Origin: Candidatus Bathyarchaeia archaeon
Lineage (GTDB): Archaea; Thermoproteota; Bathyarchaeia; Bathyarchaeales; Bathycorpusculaceae
DNA: 64,000 bases
Direction: 5' to 3'
Assembly: GCA_049516875.1 (NCBI GenBank)
Contig: JBEKSS010000002.1
Coordinates: 128,001 to 192,000 of the forward strand
Positions 20,407 to 29,590 of this stretch are shown here, piece after piece. A program made the position numbers and the translations under genes. Numbering within the stretch: the first letter of the stretch is position 1; each line of letters opens with the position of its first letter. Below the pieces are notes generated by a model. It was not told the DNA's origin. It saw only the letters and a program-made list of their open reading frames with translations, and searched no databases.

Positions 20407-20634
20407 TTAACGTTCTGTCGGTCCGGTGATGTAGGCCCAGACGCTTACGAGTGCAACTGTTAGCAAGGCTCCAGCGAATCCCGACAGCAGGTACCTTGAG
20501 CTGATAAACGCTGGCAAGATAGTTGCGAGTGCAGGAATCGCGTATGTCGCGGTCAAATCTGCAATCATTCCGGCAAAGAATCCCAAGATTGCCACAAAGA
20601 CGAAAATTTTTAACCTTTCACCCATTTGATTCAC
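20407..20634 (-). CDS. small two-TM membrane protein divergent from cdv operon
   Basis: Two hydrophobic helices; GGTGA SD-like sequence near start. Confidence 0.7.
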   Translation of the reverse strand: MNQMGERLKIFVFVAILGFFAGMIADLTATYAIPALATILPAFISSRYLLSGFAGALLTVALVSVWAYITGPTER

Positions 20635-20775
20635 CTTTTTGAATAGGAATTAATTCAAGTCTCTTTTTAGTCTAACTTACACTTTTATGTCTATTCTCGG
20701 AAAACCGCGAACATACCCTTTTAGTTGGAAAATTAAAGCCCAAAACTGTTTCCGCCAGGACATATAGCTCCACAT

Positions 20776-20806
20776 ATATACCTGCATGTTTTCACCATGT
20801 TAACAA
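20776..20806 (+). promoter_or_regulatory. candidate regulatory motif ATATACCTGCATGTT / CATGTTAACAA upstream of cdv operon
   Basis: Near-identical sequence occurs upstream of the orphan cdvA-like gene (48100-48119, minus strand). Confidence 0.4.
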
Positions 20807-20853
20807 TGTATAAGATTCTTCCACGCGACCTTTGGTCTCTGGAGGTAATTAAC

Positions 20854-21525
20854 TTGTCAGAAAGGTTTAGCAAAAAATGGGAAACAAGAAGAGAAGAGCA
20901 ACCCTTCACAAACCGTGTAAAAGAGGCAGTTAAGCCACCAGGCCCACTGAAACCACGCTTAGACTTCGCTGTTCGACGCATAGAACTGCAAGTTCAGAAA
21001 CTGGACCAAGCCACAGATAGATTCGGCCAAAGGGACAAGACAATCTTCGCAAGGATAGTAGACGCATACACCAAGCATGACACCTCGCGAGCAAACGTTT
21101 TTGCCAACGAGCTGTCAGAGATACGCAAGATGGAGAAGCTCATCATAAACGCAAGACTTGCACTCGAACAGATAGTGTTAAGATTACGCACCGTATCAGA
21201 ACTTGGAGATGTAGTGTCAACACTAGGCCCAGCAGTCGGCGTCTTGAGATCTGTCAGAGCTGGACTGGTAAGCGTTTTCCCCGAAGCAGAGAGCGAACTC
21301 GGCGAAATCGGCAACATGCTCAGCGGAATAATGATGGAAGCAGGAACAGGCTCAGGAATGACGTTGAACTTTGACAACGTGAACGAAGATGCAACTAAAA
21401 TTCTCACAGAGGCAGCGACAGTCGCAGAACAAAGAGTCAAAGAGAAGTTCCCAGACCTGCCACCAGGAATGCCAGGATTACCAGCAACACCACTAGGCGA
21501 AAAATCCTCGACGGAAACTTCGTAA
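20854..21525 (+). CDS. ESCRT-III/Snf7 family protein (CdvB1/B2-like)
   Basis: Snf7 helical core (ANELSEIRK, LALEQIVLRL.TV.ELGDV), FPDLP tail; TTG start after GGAGGT SD. Confidence 0.9.
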   Translation: MSERFSKKWETRREEQPFTNRVKEAVKPPGPLKPRLDFAVRRIELQVQKLDQATDRFGQRDKTIFARIVDAYTKHDTSRANVFANELSEIRKMEKLIINARLALEQIVLRLRTVSELGDVVSTLGPAVGVLRSVRAGLVSVFPEAESELGEIGNMLSGIMMEAGTGSGMTLNFDNVNEDATKILTEAATVAEQRVKEKFPDLPPGMPGLPATPLGEKSSTETS

Positions 21526-21543
21526 ACATAGGGGACGAAAAAA

Positions 21544-22266
21544 ATGTCACAAAACCCCAACCTTTTTCTTTCCGTAGGAAAAAAAATCAACGACGAGTAC
21601 GGACGTGTGATAGGAAAGATAACCTCTTTTGCTGTGACCCCGAGTGGAAAATTTGACGGCGTCTTCGTTGAACTGGGCGATGGTAGATTTCTAAAGCGAT
21701 GCGTGGATAACCTAAAGTTTGACGGTTCTGAAATAACCCTCATCTCCAACATAAAAGCACAAGCAGGCATACTGAGCGACCAGATCCCCCTGATTTGGCG
21801 CAAAGATCAAGCTCTCAAGGACCTCTCTGAGAAGAAGAAAATATCAAAAGAACTCTACACAGAGCTGCACAACAACTTCGACGGAGTTCTAACTCAGCTG
21901 AAAAGCGAAGCTCAGACTTTGAAAGAGGAAATAGAAGACGAAATCGCAAAATGCAGCGAAGAAATAAAGGCTCTAAACTATGCCTTGGTCAACCTCGAAA
22001 TCGAGCACGAAATAGGAAAAGTCGACAACCAAGGCTATGAAACCGCCTTCTCGATGATTCAAGAAAACATCAAACGAGTACACATGGAGAAAACCGATCT
22101 AGAACTAACGACCAGCAAGCTTTCCAGCATACTGTTAGGTGACGCTTCCAAACCTGCTGAACAGACCAAAGGCAAGGTAACCGAAACGCTGAAAGGGCTT
22201 GCTTCAGGGCTTCCAGAACCGCCTGTATTCGTTTATGTGAAGGAAATCGGAAAAACCGGGATATAG
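21544..22266 (+). CDS. cdvA: cell division protein CdvA
   Basis: N-terminal PRC-like VGKKINDEYGRVIG, coiled coil, LEIEHEIGKVD, C-terminal PEPPVFVYV CdvB-binding peptide. Confidence 0.88.
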   Translation: MSQNPNLFLSVGKKINDEYGRVIGKITSFAVTPSGKFDGVFVELGDGRFLKRCVDNLKFDGSEITLISNIKAQAGILSDQIPLIWRKDQALKDLSEKKKISKELYTELHNNFDGVLTQLKSEAQTLKEEIEDEIAKCSEEIKALNYALVNLEIEHEIGKVDNQGYETAFSMIQENIKRVHMEKTDLELTTSKLSSILLGDASKPAEQTKGKVTETLKGLASGLPEPPVFVYVKEIGKTGI

Positions 22267-22320
22267 ACTGGGAAAAGAGAGTAGCTGGCGGAGGGAAGAA
22301 CCATCAAAGGATTTATCCAT

Positions 22321-23205
22321 TTGAGCCCTCCACCTCTCCGCGAAACAGCCGTCAGGTCAATTCATGTGCTGAGAGTCGAACACAACAAGCTTGAACAGGC
22401 AAGTTACAGGCTTAAAGAGAGAGACAAAATCCTTTTTCAAACGTGCGTCGGAGCTCTCAAAGCGAAGAACAAAGACCGCGCAGCAATCTGCGCCAACGAA
22501 ATTGCAGAAGTCCGGAAGCTCATAAACTTCCTTTTCAATGTAGAACTAGCAATTGAACGGGTAATCCTTAGACTAGAAACTATAAAAGAGCTGAGCGAAA
22601 TAGTCATCGACCTCAAACCCGCGTTGAAGCTTCTTCAAAACGTCTCACAAGAACTGTTCCAATTCTTGCCAGATGTCTCGTCTGAACTAGGCAAAGTCAA
22701 CGACACGATAAGCGAGACGCTCTACTCAACTAAGATAACAGCCGACGAATCGGTGATTCCGGTAAACCGCAAGACGCCTGGAGGCGAAGAAGTACTAAGC
22801 GAAGTCTCAAGCTTTCTTGAACAAAGAATATCCAGAGATCTTCCTGAGCCGCCTGCTGCTCACAAAGTCCCAGATAATGAACGAGCTACGTTGGAAGAGA
22901 TGCTTGCGTTAGCAGCAACCAATTGCTCGGAAACGAAGACTTGCAAAGTCTCTGAAGAGTCTGGAAGAGATTCTTCTCAAACCCTCATTTCTTATAAGAA
23001 ATCCGAGATCAAGGAAATCTCTTTGAAAGTTGAAAATCCTCAGTTGGAGGATGTTCTTCTCGATTACGTAAGAAGGAGCAACGGACAAATCGACCTTGAA
23101 CGTTGCTCGGTTGACTTGGAAACCTCAAACGAGGATATTGAGAAAGCCCTCGAAAGTTTAGGGTCGAAGGGAAAAATAAAAATTGAATTGAAAGCAGGAG
23201 AATGA
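22321..23205 (+). CDS. cdvB: ESCRT-III CdvB with C-terminal winged helix
   Basis: Snf7 core, LPEPP MIM2-like motif, C-terminal LLDYVRRSNGQID wH; start may be in-frame CTG at 22285. Confidence 0.88.
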   Translation: MSPPPLRETAVRSIHVLRVEHNKLEQASYRLKERDKILFQTCVGALKAKNKDRAAICANEIAEVRKLINFLFNVELAIERVILRLETIKELSEIVIDLKPALKLLQNVSQELFQFLPDVSSELGKVNDTISETLYSTKITADESVIPVNRKTPGGEEVLSEVSSFLEQRISRDLPEPPAAHKVPDNERATLEEMLALAATNCSETKTCKVSEESGRDSSQTLISYKKSEIKEISLKVENPQLEDVLLDYVRRSNGQIDLERCSVDLETSNEDIEKALESLGSKGKIKIELKAGE

Positions 23206-24380
23206 AAATTATGAGTGCATCCCAAGAGCTTGAGAAATCTGCAACCAACTTTGCCTTGGAAGCAGTGCGCCTAGATAAGCAAGGAGCAAAGGGCATGGCA
23301 ATAACTACGTATCAAAAGGCCATAGAAAGCCTTTTGCAACTCGTCCAACTCTACCCCGAATACAGCTTGAACAAGGTTTACATACAAAGAGCAATCGCCT
23401 ATCAAGAACGAATCAAAGCAATACAAGGCGCCGTAACATATTCAGAACCGCGGCCCGAAGCCAGATGCAACGGCGTTGAAGGAGAAACCAAGACTGAAGG
23501 CGGAAAATCAAGCTATGAAGAACTTATAGTAACGGAGAAACCAAACGTAAAATGGGAAGGAGTCGTCGGGCTTGATCCCGCTAAGAAGGCTGTAAAAGAA
23601 GCCATAGTCTACCCAGTTCAGCGACCAGACCTGTTCCCGTTAGGTTGGCCAAGAGGTATTTTGTTGTTCGGGCCGCCAGGCTGCGGCAAAACCCTGCTGG
23701 CCGCTGCGGTTGCCACGGAAATTGAGGCAAACTTCGTCTCGATAGATGCGGCCTCAATAATGTCCAAGTGGCTGGGAGAGGCTGAACAGAACGTGGCCAA
23801 ACTTTTCGGTTCGGTCAGGAAATCCGCGTTGGAAGGCAAGGCGGCCATAGTGTTCATCGACGAACTGGACTCTATGATGGGCAAACACTCGAGCGAGGTC
23901 GGTGGCGAAATCAGGGTCAGGAACCAGTTTCTGAAAGAAATGGACGGAATCATGGACAAAGGCAAGAACCTGCACGTTTACGTCATCGGAGCGACTAACA
24001 AGCCGTGGGATTTAGACTGGGCCTTCATCAGAAGGTTCCAGAAAAGGATTCTGGTGCCTCTTCCAGACCACCACACGCGATTAATGATGTTCAAACTCTA
24101 CACGACCAATCTGCAACTGGCACCTGATGTTGACCTACATGAGTTGGCCCGGCTTTCGGAAGGCTTCTCGGGAAGCGACATCAGAGATGTCAACCAATCG
24201 GCACAACTATCACTCATAGGTGAATTCTTCGAGTCTGGAAAAGCGAACGACAAACAGGCCAAACCACGGGCTCTGACGATGGATGACTTCAGACAGACAC
24301 TGGAAGAGAGAAAACCCAGTGTCTCCCTCGACATGCTGGCGCTGTATAACAGATGGTTTGAGGCCTTCAAGGCGCTTTAG
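23202..24380 (+). CDS. cdvC: Vps4-like AAA+ ATPase CdvC
   Basis: N-terminal MIT domain, GPPGCGKT, FIDELD, ATNKPWDLD, RRFQKRI. Confidence 0.95.
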   Translation: MKIMSASQELEKSATNFALEAVRLDKQGAKGMAITTYQKAIESLLQLVQLYPEYSLNKVYIQRAIAYQERIKAIQGAVTYSEPRPEARCNGVEGETKTEGGKSSYEELIVTEKPNVKWEGVVGLDPAKKAVKEAIVYPVQRPDLFPLGWPRGILLFGPPGCGKTLLAAAVATEIEANFVSIDAASIMSKWLGEAEQNVAKLFGSVRKSALEGKAAIVFIDELDSMMGKHSSEVGGEIRVRNQFLKEMDGIMDKGKNLHVYVIGATNKPWDLDWAFIRRFQKRILVPLPDHHTRLMMFKLYTTNLQLAPDVDLHELARLSEGFSGSDIRDVNQSAQLSLIGEFFESGKANDKQAKPRALTMDDFRQTLEERKPSVSLDMLALYNRWFEAFKAL

Positions 24381-24537
24381 CAGGAGATGATGACAGAGTA
24401 CGTAACAGGAGCATGTTGAAACACAGGGTGGAAAGGTTCGGAGAATTACCTTAAGTTTTTGGAGTATCTCCTTTCTCCCATCTCCCCCTCAGATAATATC
24501 TCCAAACCCCACAAACCTAGATGCAACATGACTCGTG

Positions 24538-25065
24538 TTACAACTTTTTTCTAACTGCTTTTTCAACTATATCAGCGATTTCTTTGCCATGCTTGAGTAC
24601 GTCTATGTACGGAATCTTCATGTTCGCTTTTCCAGGTGAGTATGGTCCTGTGAAGGCCAATATTGGCCTGAAGACTTCAACTGCTTCTTCAATGTCTTTC
24701 GCGGATTCTGCAACCACAATCTTGTGTACACTCTTATCTTCTGCCACGAGTTTTTTGAATCCTTCTAGGAAAACTATGTCGCTGCCTTTACATCTCTGCA
24801 AAATCTCTTTCATGGAGAGGTGTGTACGAGTTTTCTCTATAGTAGCGATCTCACCGGCCGATGCTGCAACGACCATCTTGGCCCCTGATTGAGCGTAACG
24901 CCACGTGTCTTTTCCTTCCGTGTCAATCGTGAAATTTGACTCTGAGACGTGTTTAGCTACCGCAATCCTGTAACCTCTCTTGGAAAGCTCTCTTATCAAG
25001 ATCTCTATCGTGGTGGTTTTTCCAGATTTCTTTCCACCTACAACCCCGACAACTGTTGCCCTCAA
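24538..25065 (-). CDS. mobB: molybdopterin-guanine dinucleotide biosynthesis protein MobB
   Basis: VVGGKKSGKTT, AKH, IDTEGKDTWR, EGFK; TTG start at 25065 overlapping the upstream stop. Confidence 0.9.
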   Translation of the reverse strand: MRATVVGVVGGKKSGKTTTIEILIRELSKRGYRIAVAKHVSESNFTIDTEGKDTWRYAQSGAKMVVAASAGEIATIEKTRTHLSMKEILQRCKGSDIVFLEGFKKLVAEDKSVHKIVVAESAKDIEEAVEVFRPILAFTGPYSPGKANMKIPYIDVLKHGKEIADIVEKAVRKKL

Positions 25066-25553
25066 GTGCTGCGCACCTCTGTTTGCCCCATTTCTTCCAT
25101 GAAAACTCTTTTCAGCACGTTCTTGTCTATTTTCAGCTTCTGCGAGAGATCTCTTGACCATCGTAGGTAGGCTCTGAAGAGGCTTTGAAATATCTCCGCC
25201 TTTTCTTTGTCAGACAACTCTTTTTCTTCGGCAAGTAGCAATGCAAACCACTTTCCAGCGCTCGAAAGCTGATAGGCTTTGACCCAAGTAATACGTCCGC
25301 TTCTCTCAGTTTTCTCCATTTTCTCGCTCAATATCCTAAGCTTAGTCAGTGACTTCAGATTTTCGATGACGGTTTTGTTTGAGTAAGTCAGCGTCTTCAC
25401 AAGGTCTCTTTGGTAAATCTTGTTCGAAATGCCCTGTCTGAGTGAGAATTTCAGTATATCAACAGCCGCTTTTGAACCGAAGATGGCGCTCAGAACTTTG
25501 ATCTTGTGTTCGGATGGAAGAAAAACTACATAGGGATGTAAGTTCTCGCTCAA
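25062..25553 (-). CDS. winged-helix-like putative transcriptional regulator
   Basis: IYQRDLVKTLTYSNKTVIENLKSL HTH-like segment followed by beta wing. Confidence 0.65.
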   Translation of the reverse strand: MSENLHPYVVFLPSEHKIKVLSAIFGSKAAVDILKFSLRQGISNKIYQRDLVKTLTYSNKTVIENLKSLTKLRILSEKMEKTERSGRITWVKAYQLSSAGKWFALLLAEEKELSDKEKAEIFQSLFRAYLRWSRDLSQKLKIDKNVLKRVFMEEMGQTEVRST

Positions 25554-25664
25554 TTCTGCTCACATCAGATTGCTGTAGTTTGCTCTTGCTTTAAACGTTA
25601 TTGCCTTGTGCAATAGGTTTTTGTGGCACTCTAGTCTCATCATATCGAGGTGCTCTGAACGAAC

Positions 25665-26684
25665 CTGAAAAGTTGGATTCCCACGGACGGAGATACTTTC
25701 ACAACCAAAGAGGGGTTCATATTCAACGTTTTCGGATATGAACATCCTGCCAACCGGGTTTTCGCATTTCTGAAATACATCCCAGCTGCGATGAAAAATC
25801 TCTTCGACATCGAATACTTGGAGAACACTTGGAACCTTGAAAGGCAAAAACTCTTTCGAGCCGAGAAACTCTACACCGCACAGAACTATCAGACTTTCTT
25901 AGGAACTTTTCGGAAGAGCTTCCCAGACTATGTGTACTATTGTCCCTTCAGAAGAAAAGAGGTCATCAGCGCGCCATTGGACTCCGTCAAAAACATCTTT
26001 GTTCCCAGAGACTGTTTGCATCAGCTGACCCAACTTGAAACCAAAGACGATTTACAAAGGACGACGTTAGGTCTTGTTGATTTGCTGTCAACCGAATCAG
26101 GCATTGGCTTAGAAGATTTTGGAGTCCACGGCTCTGTGGCCTTGAACATGCACACGTCAAAGTCAGACATAGACCTAGTGGTCTATGGAGAGCAGAACTT
26201 TCGTGTGTTAGAAGCAACCATAAACAGACTCGTTGGCGCCGGCAGGTTGAGCTACAAGTTCAGCAACCGCTTGGATGCGGCTCGGCGATACAAAGGAAGA
26301 TACGTGAACAAGATTTTCATGTACAACGCAATTCGCAAACCTGAAGAAAAAAAACAGAAATACGGACAGCTACAGTATACCACCGTAGCCCCTGTCAGCT
26401 TTACGTGCAAGGTTGAAGACGACAGCGAAGCGATGTTTAGGCCAGCTATCTACAAAATCAGGGACTGCGACCCAGGGGACGCACGTTCGGCACTGTGCGA
26501 AAACAAGGTTCCAGAGACTGTTGTTTCAATGATTGGCTGTTACCGCAACGTTGCCAGGCGAGGCGACACTATCAGGGTTTCAGGGATGCTGGAGCGTGCG
26601 GAAAACGTTGAAACAGGGCAAGTCTTCCATCAGGTCGTAGTGGGAACAGGCATCAGCGAGGAAGAGCATGTTTGGCCGCTTTGA
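25665..26684 (+). CDS. COG1665-type nucleotidyltransferase (paralogue 1)
   Basis: Frame extends upstream of 25791 to CTG 25665 (..[32 protein letters not shown]); GVHGS...SDIDLVVYG motif; C-terminal OB-like V.GMLE. Confidence 0.82.
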   Translation: MKSWIPTDGDTFTTKEGFIFNVFGYEHPANRVFAFLKYIPAAMKNLFDIEYLENTWNLERQKLFRAEKLYTAQNYQTFLGTFRKSFPDYVYYCPFRRKEVISAPLDSVKNIFVPRDCLHQLTQLETKDDLQRTTLGLVDLLSTESGIGLEDFGVHGSVALNMHTSKSDIDLVVYGEQNFRVLEATINRLVGAGRLSYKFSNRLDAARRYKGRYVNKIFMYNAIRKPEEKKQKYGQLQYTTVAPVSFTCKVEDDSEAMFRPAIYKIRDCDPGDARSALCENKVPETVVSMIGCYRNVARRGDTIRVSGMLERAENVETGQVFHQVVVGTGISEEEHVWPL

Positions 26685-27745
26685 AGCTGAGAGATCGCGA
26701 TGCAATCGTCACTGAGGAAGGCCTAGTTTTTAGGGTGTTCGGCTATTCACACCCGTTCGACGCCTGTTTTTGCGACGCTGAATATGCACCCGCAGTAGTC
26801 TTTAGATCTGGTAATCCTAAGGCGTTCAGAAACCAAGGGCTGAATGTTTTCTACAAGTTTTATGAGGATGAAGGCTGGAAACTTGTTGAAAACAGTTTTC
26901 CGCAGTACATGATTCTGCACGAAATGCTTCAGAAGAAAGTCATCGGCGTCAATCATCGTGCCATCAGCGAAGTTCGAAAGCCTGAAAGAGAGCTTAAGAA
27001 ACTGATTCAAACCGAACCTAGGGATAGTCTTCTTGCAGCGATGCGGAACGTCTTGGACATTGCAGTGAATCAGTGCGGTCTGTCGGTTGAGAACTTTGGC
27101 GTGTTCGGGTCGCTGCTTCATGGTTTCTATCACCCTGAGTTTTCGGACATTGATCTCATCGTATATGGTAAGGGAAACGTTGCGCGGCTGCGCAAAACAC
27201 TGCAGGAATTGTACGAAGCCAAGTCTTCTCTCCTTCGGAACGAGTTTGAAACTGACGAGTCCATAAAGGGTAAGGTGTGGAGATTTCGTAACTTCACTCC
27301 AGAGGAATTCTTGTGGCATCAGCGAAGGAAACTCGTCTATTCGCTGTTCGACAGCAAGGAAAGTGGAAGGACGATAAAAACAGAGTTTGAACCGGTAAAA
27401 GGTTGGAAAGAGATATGCAACGAGTACAGCCCTCAGACTAGGATTTTGCAGCGAAGCTGGGTTAGGATGTTAGCGCGGGTGAGCGATGACAATGACGCAC
27501 CGTTTATTCCGTCGGTTTATCACATCGAACCTTTGAAAATTCTTGAGGGCGGAAGGCAGGCTCAACAGGTCAAGCGAATCATTTCTTACATGGAAGAATT
27601 CCGAATGCAAGCTTTCAGAGACGAGACCATCTACGTCGAAGGAAACCTTGAAGAGGTCATCGGTAACAAGGACGACTTCTTCCAAATAGCGTTGACCTAT
27701 TGCCCAAGATATTATGAGCAGGTTCTCAAAATAGCAGGGATCTGA
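26672..27745 (+). CDS. COG1665-type nucleotidyltransferase (paralogue 2)
   Basis: [41 protein letters not shown]-terminal VEGNLE. Confidence 0.85.
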   Translation: MAALKLRDRDAIVTEEGLVFRVFGYSHPFDACFCDAEYAPAVVFRSGNPKAFRNQGLNVFYKFYEDEGWKLVENSFPQYMILHEMLQKKVIGVNHRAISEVRKPERELKKLIQTEPRDSLLAAMRNVLDIAVNQCGLSVENFGVFGSLLHGFYHPEFSDIDLIVYGKGNVARLRKTLQELYEAKSSLLRNEFETDESIKGKVWRFRNFTPEEFLWHQRRKLVYSLFDSKESGRTIKTEFEPVKGWKEICNEYSPQTRILQRSWVRMLARVSDDNDAPFIPSVYHIEPLKILEGGRQAQQVKRIISYMEEFRMQAFRDETIYVEGNLEEVIGNKDDFFQIALTYCPRYYEQVLKIAGI

Positions 27746-27884
27746 AGCGTTTCTCTATGTGTGTGCTCGGATGCCCTACCCCCGGTCTACTATATGATCC
27801 AAATATGCTTTTGAGAAAGTCAAAGCTATTGTTGAGTCTTCTTTGCAAGCGTGCGCCTCTGAATTACAGTCGAAGAAAGATTCA

Positions 27885-28916
27885 TTACTTCAAAATGAAT
27901 TGGTGCTTCAAGACCATGTAGTCTGAGTGATTTCCTCCGATTAGTAGTCTAAAGTGCTCCTCGTTTTGCCTTCGGTCTGTCACACGTTCGACTTTTCCCC
28001 GTGCCACGACAGTCTCGCCTTTTCTGGCTTGTTCACAGAATCTTCCTCTAAAAGAGGTGATTTCCTCGATGCGTTCAATTCTCAAGCCTTCGTGTGACTT
28101 TGCGTTTTCGATCTTGTAGGTGCATGGGGTAAACGTTGATTCCGAATCGTCGATGACTGTGGCTTCAATTTTCGCGTTGCCGATGTTCTCGTATTGTACA
28201 TCACCGTAATTCTCGTCAATTTCATTCCAGTTTTTCACGAAGCGGACAAAATAATCGGTTCCGATGAATTTGCCTTGCATCACTTTCCTCGATTCAGTTC
28301 GTAGGAAGTCTTCGAAGCCTGCTGCAGTATCCTTCGAACGGAAATCGAACAACACTCTCAGATCCTGCTGTGTGTAAGGCTTGACGGATCCGTGCTTGTT
28401 GTTGAACATGCTTCTCAGCACAGAATAGACTCTCGTGCAGTTTTTCGAACCATAAACTACAGGATCAATATCTGACTCTAGCTTGTGAAGCTCAACCATG
28501 ATGGAGCCCGAAATCCCCAGCGTACTCCAGGGGATGCCCGCAGTTTCCTTCAAGAGCTCCGCAAGCTGCAGCGCCTTACTCTGAAGCGGATCCAAATCGT
28601 TAGAACTGCGCATTTCCTGAAGCTTCTCATCAGGTTTGTAGTGCTTTTTTACCTTATCAACCGGAACTTCGCACAACGTCTCGTCAAAAACAGGGTCATA
28701 AACAAGGTAAGTCGGAAACTTATCTTTCAACAGCGCATATCTTTTTGAAAGAGAATACACCTTGTCAAAAGACTTTCCTTCTCTTGTTCTCATGCCTTTC
28801 TCGTCTGGGAAATAGCGAATAAAAGCCACGACGCGACTGGCAGGGTGAACTAGGCCTTTGACGTCGAAAATCAGGTTCTCATCAGTTTCTATCAGATCGC
28901 CTTCTCGAGCCTTCAT
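27885..28916 (-). CDS. COG1665-type nucleotidyltransferase (paralogue 3)
   Basis: REGDLIET..LIFDVKGLVHP..RVVAFIRY, GISGS...SDIDPVVYG, SFRGRFCEQA, ARGKVE. Confidence 0.85.
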   Translation of the reverse strand: MKAREGDLIETDENLIFDVKGLVHPASRVVAFIRYFPDEKGMRTREGKSFDKVYSLSKRYALLKDKFPTYLVYDPVFDETLCEVPVDKVKKHYKPDEKLQEMRSSNDLDPLQSKALQLAELLKETAGIPWSTLGISGSIMVELHKLESDIDPVVYGSKNCTRVYSVLRSMFNNKHGSVKPYTQQDLRVLFDFRSKDTAAGFEDFLRTESRKVMQGKFIGTDYFVRFVKNWNEIDENYGDVQYENIGNAKIEATVIDDSESTFTPCTYKIENAKSHEGLRIERIEEITSFRGRFCEQARKGETVVARGKVERVTDRRQNEEHFRLLIGGNHSDYMVLKHQFILK

Positions 28917-29181
28917 TCACTTATTCCGCCATAATCCAACAGTGTTATCGACTTCATTATAAACAGAACGCCATTGATGTTTGCAACTTTTACATAGCGC
29001 TATCCATGGTCATCAACTTCAAGATTATTCCTCTCGCGATCTGGCGGCAAGTTTAATTTGTTGGAACGTGTAGCATTAGAATCTCCAATTGAAGGCGTTA
29101 ACCAGTTGCATTGAATAATTAGGATTGACTTTAAAGGAGCTTCCAAGCTTTAGTGTAGAATGGTTAAGCTGTGGTCGAGGG

Positions 29182-29589
29182 ATGGATGTAAGTTCGAAGC
29201 TGAAGGTTACTTTGCTGACGGGGCGAACGATAGAGCAGGGTGTGAGCAAAGAGCGTGGGAAAGCTTCGGAAGATTATTTTGAGAGTGTTGCGGTTTGTTA
29301 TATTGACCCTGAGGATCTGAAGAGACTTGGGATGAGAGAAGGAACCAATGTTCGTGTTTCAACAGATTATGGCTCTGTGATTCTTAAAGCCTTGAAGTCG
29401 CCAAGAGGGCCACATCCAGGCGTCGCTTTCATTCCTTACGGTCTATGGGCAAACGCGGTGGTCAGTCCGGAGACGGACAGCATAGGAATGCCTTCTCTAA
29501 AGGGGATCCCGGCGGAAATCACACCCGCAACTGATAAGGTTGTTCTCAGCTTAAGTGAGCTTCTTAGGGAGCAGTTTGGGAAGGAGTAA
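29182..29589 (+). CDS. fwdD: formylmethanofuran dehydrogenase subunit D
   Basis: LLTGRTIEQG, FIPYGLWAN, T.SIGMPSLKG. Confidence 0.92.
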   Translation: MDVSSKLKVTLLTGRTIEQGVSKERGKASEDYFESVAVCYIDPEDLKRLGMREGTNVRVSTDYGSVILKALKSPRGPHPGVAFIPYGLWANAVVSPETDSIGMPSLKGIPAEITPATDKVVLSLSELLREQFGKE

Positions 29590-29590
29590 C

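Noticed and set aside
20994-21803. Long antisense ORFs (also 15412-16236 and 42795-43601)
   Set aside because: Shadows of well-supported genes on the opposite strand
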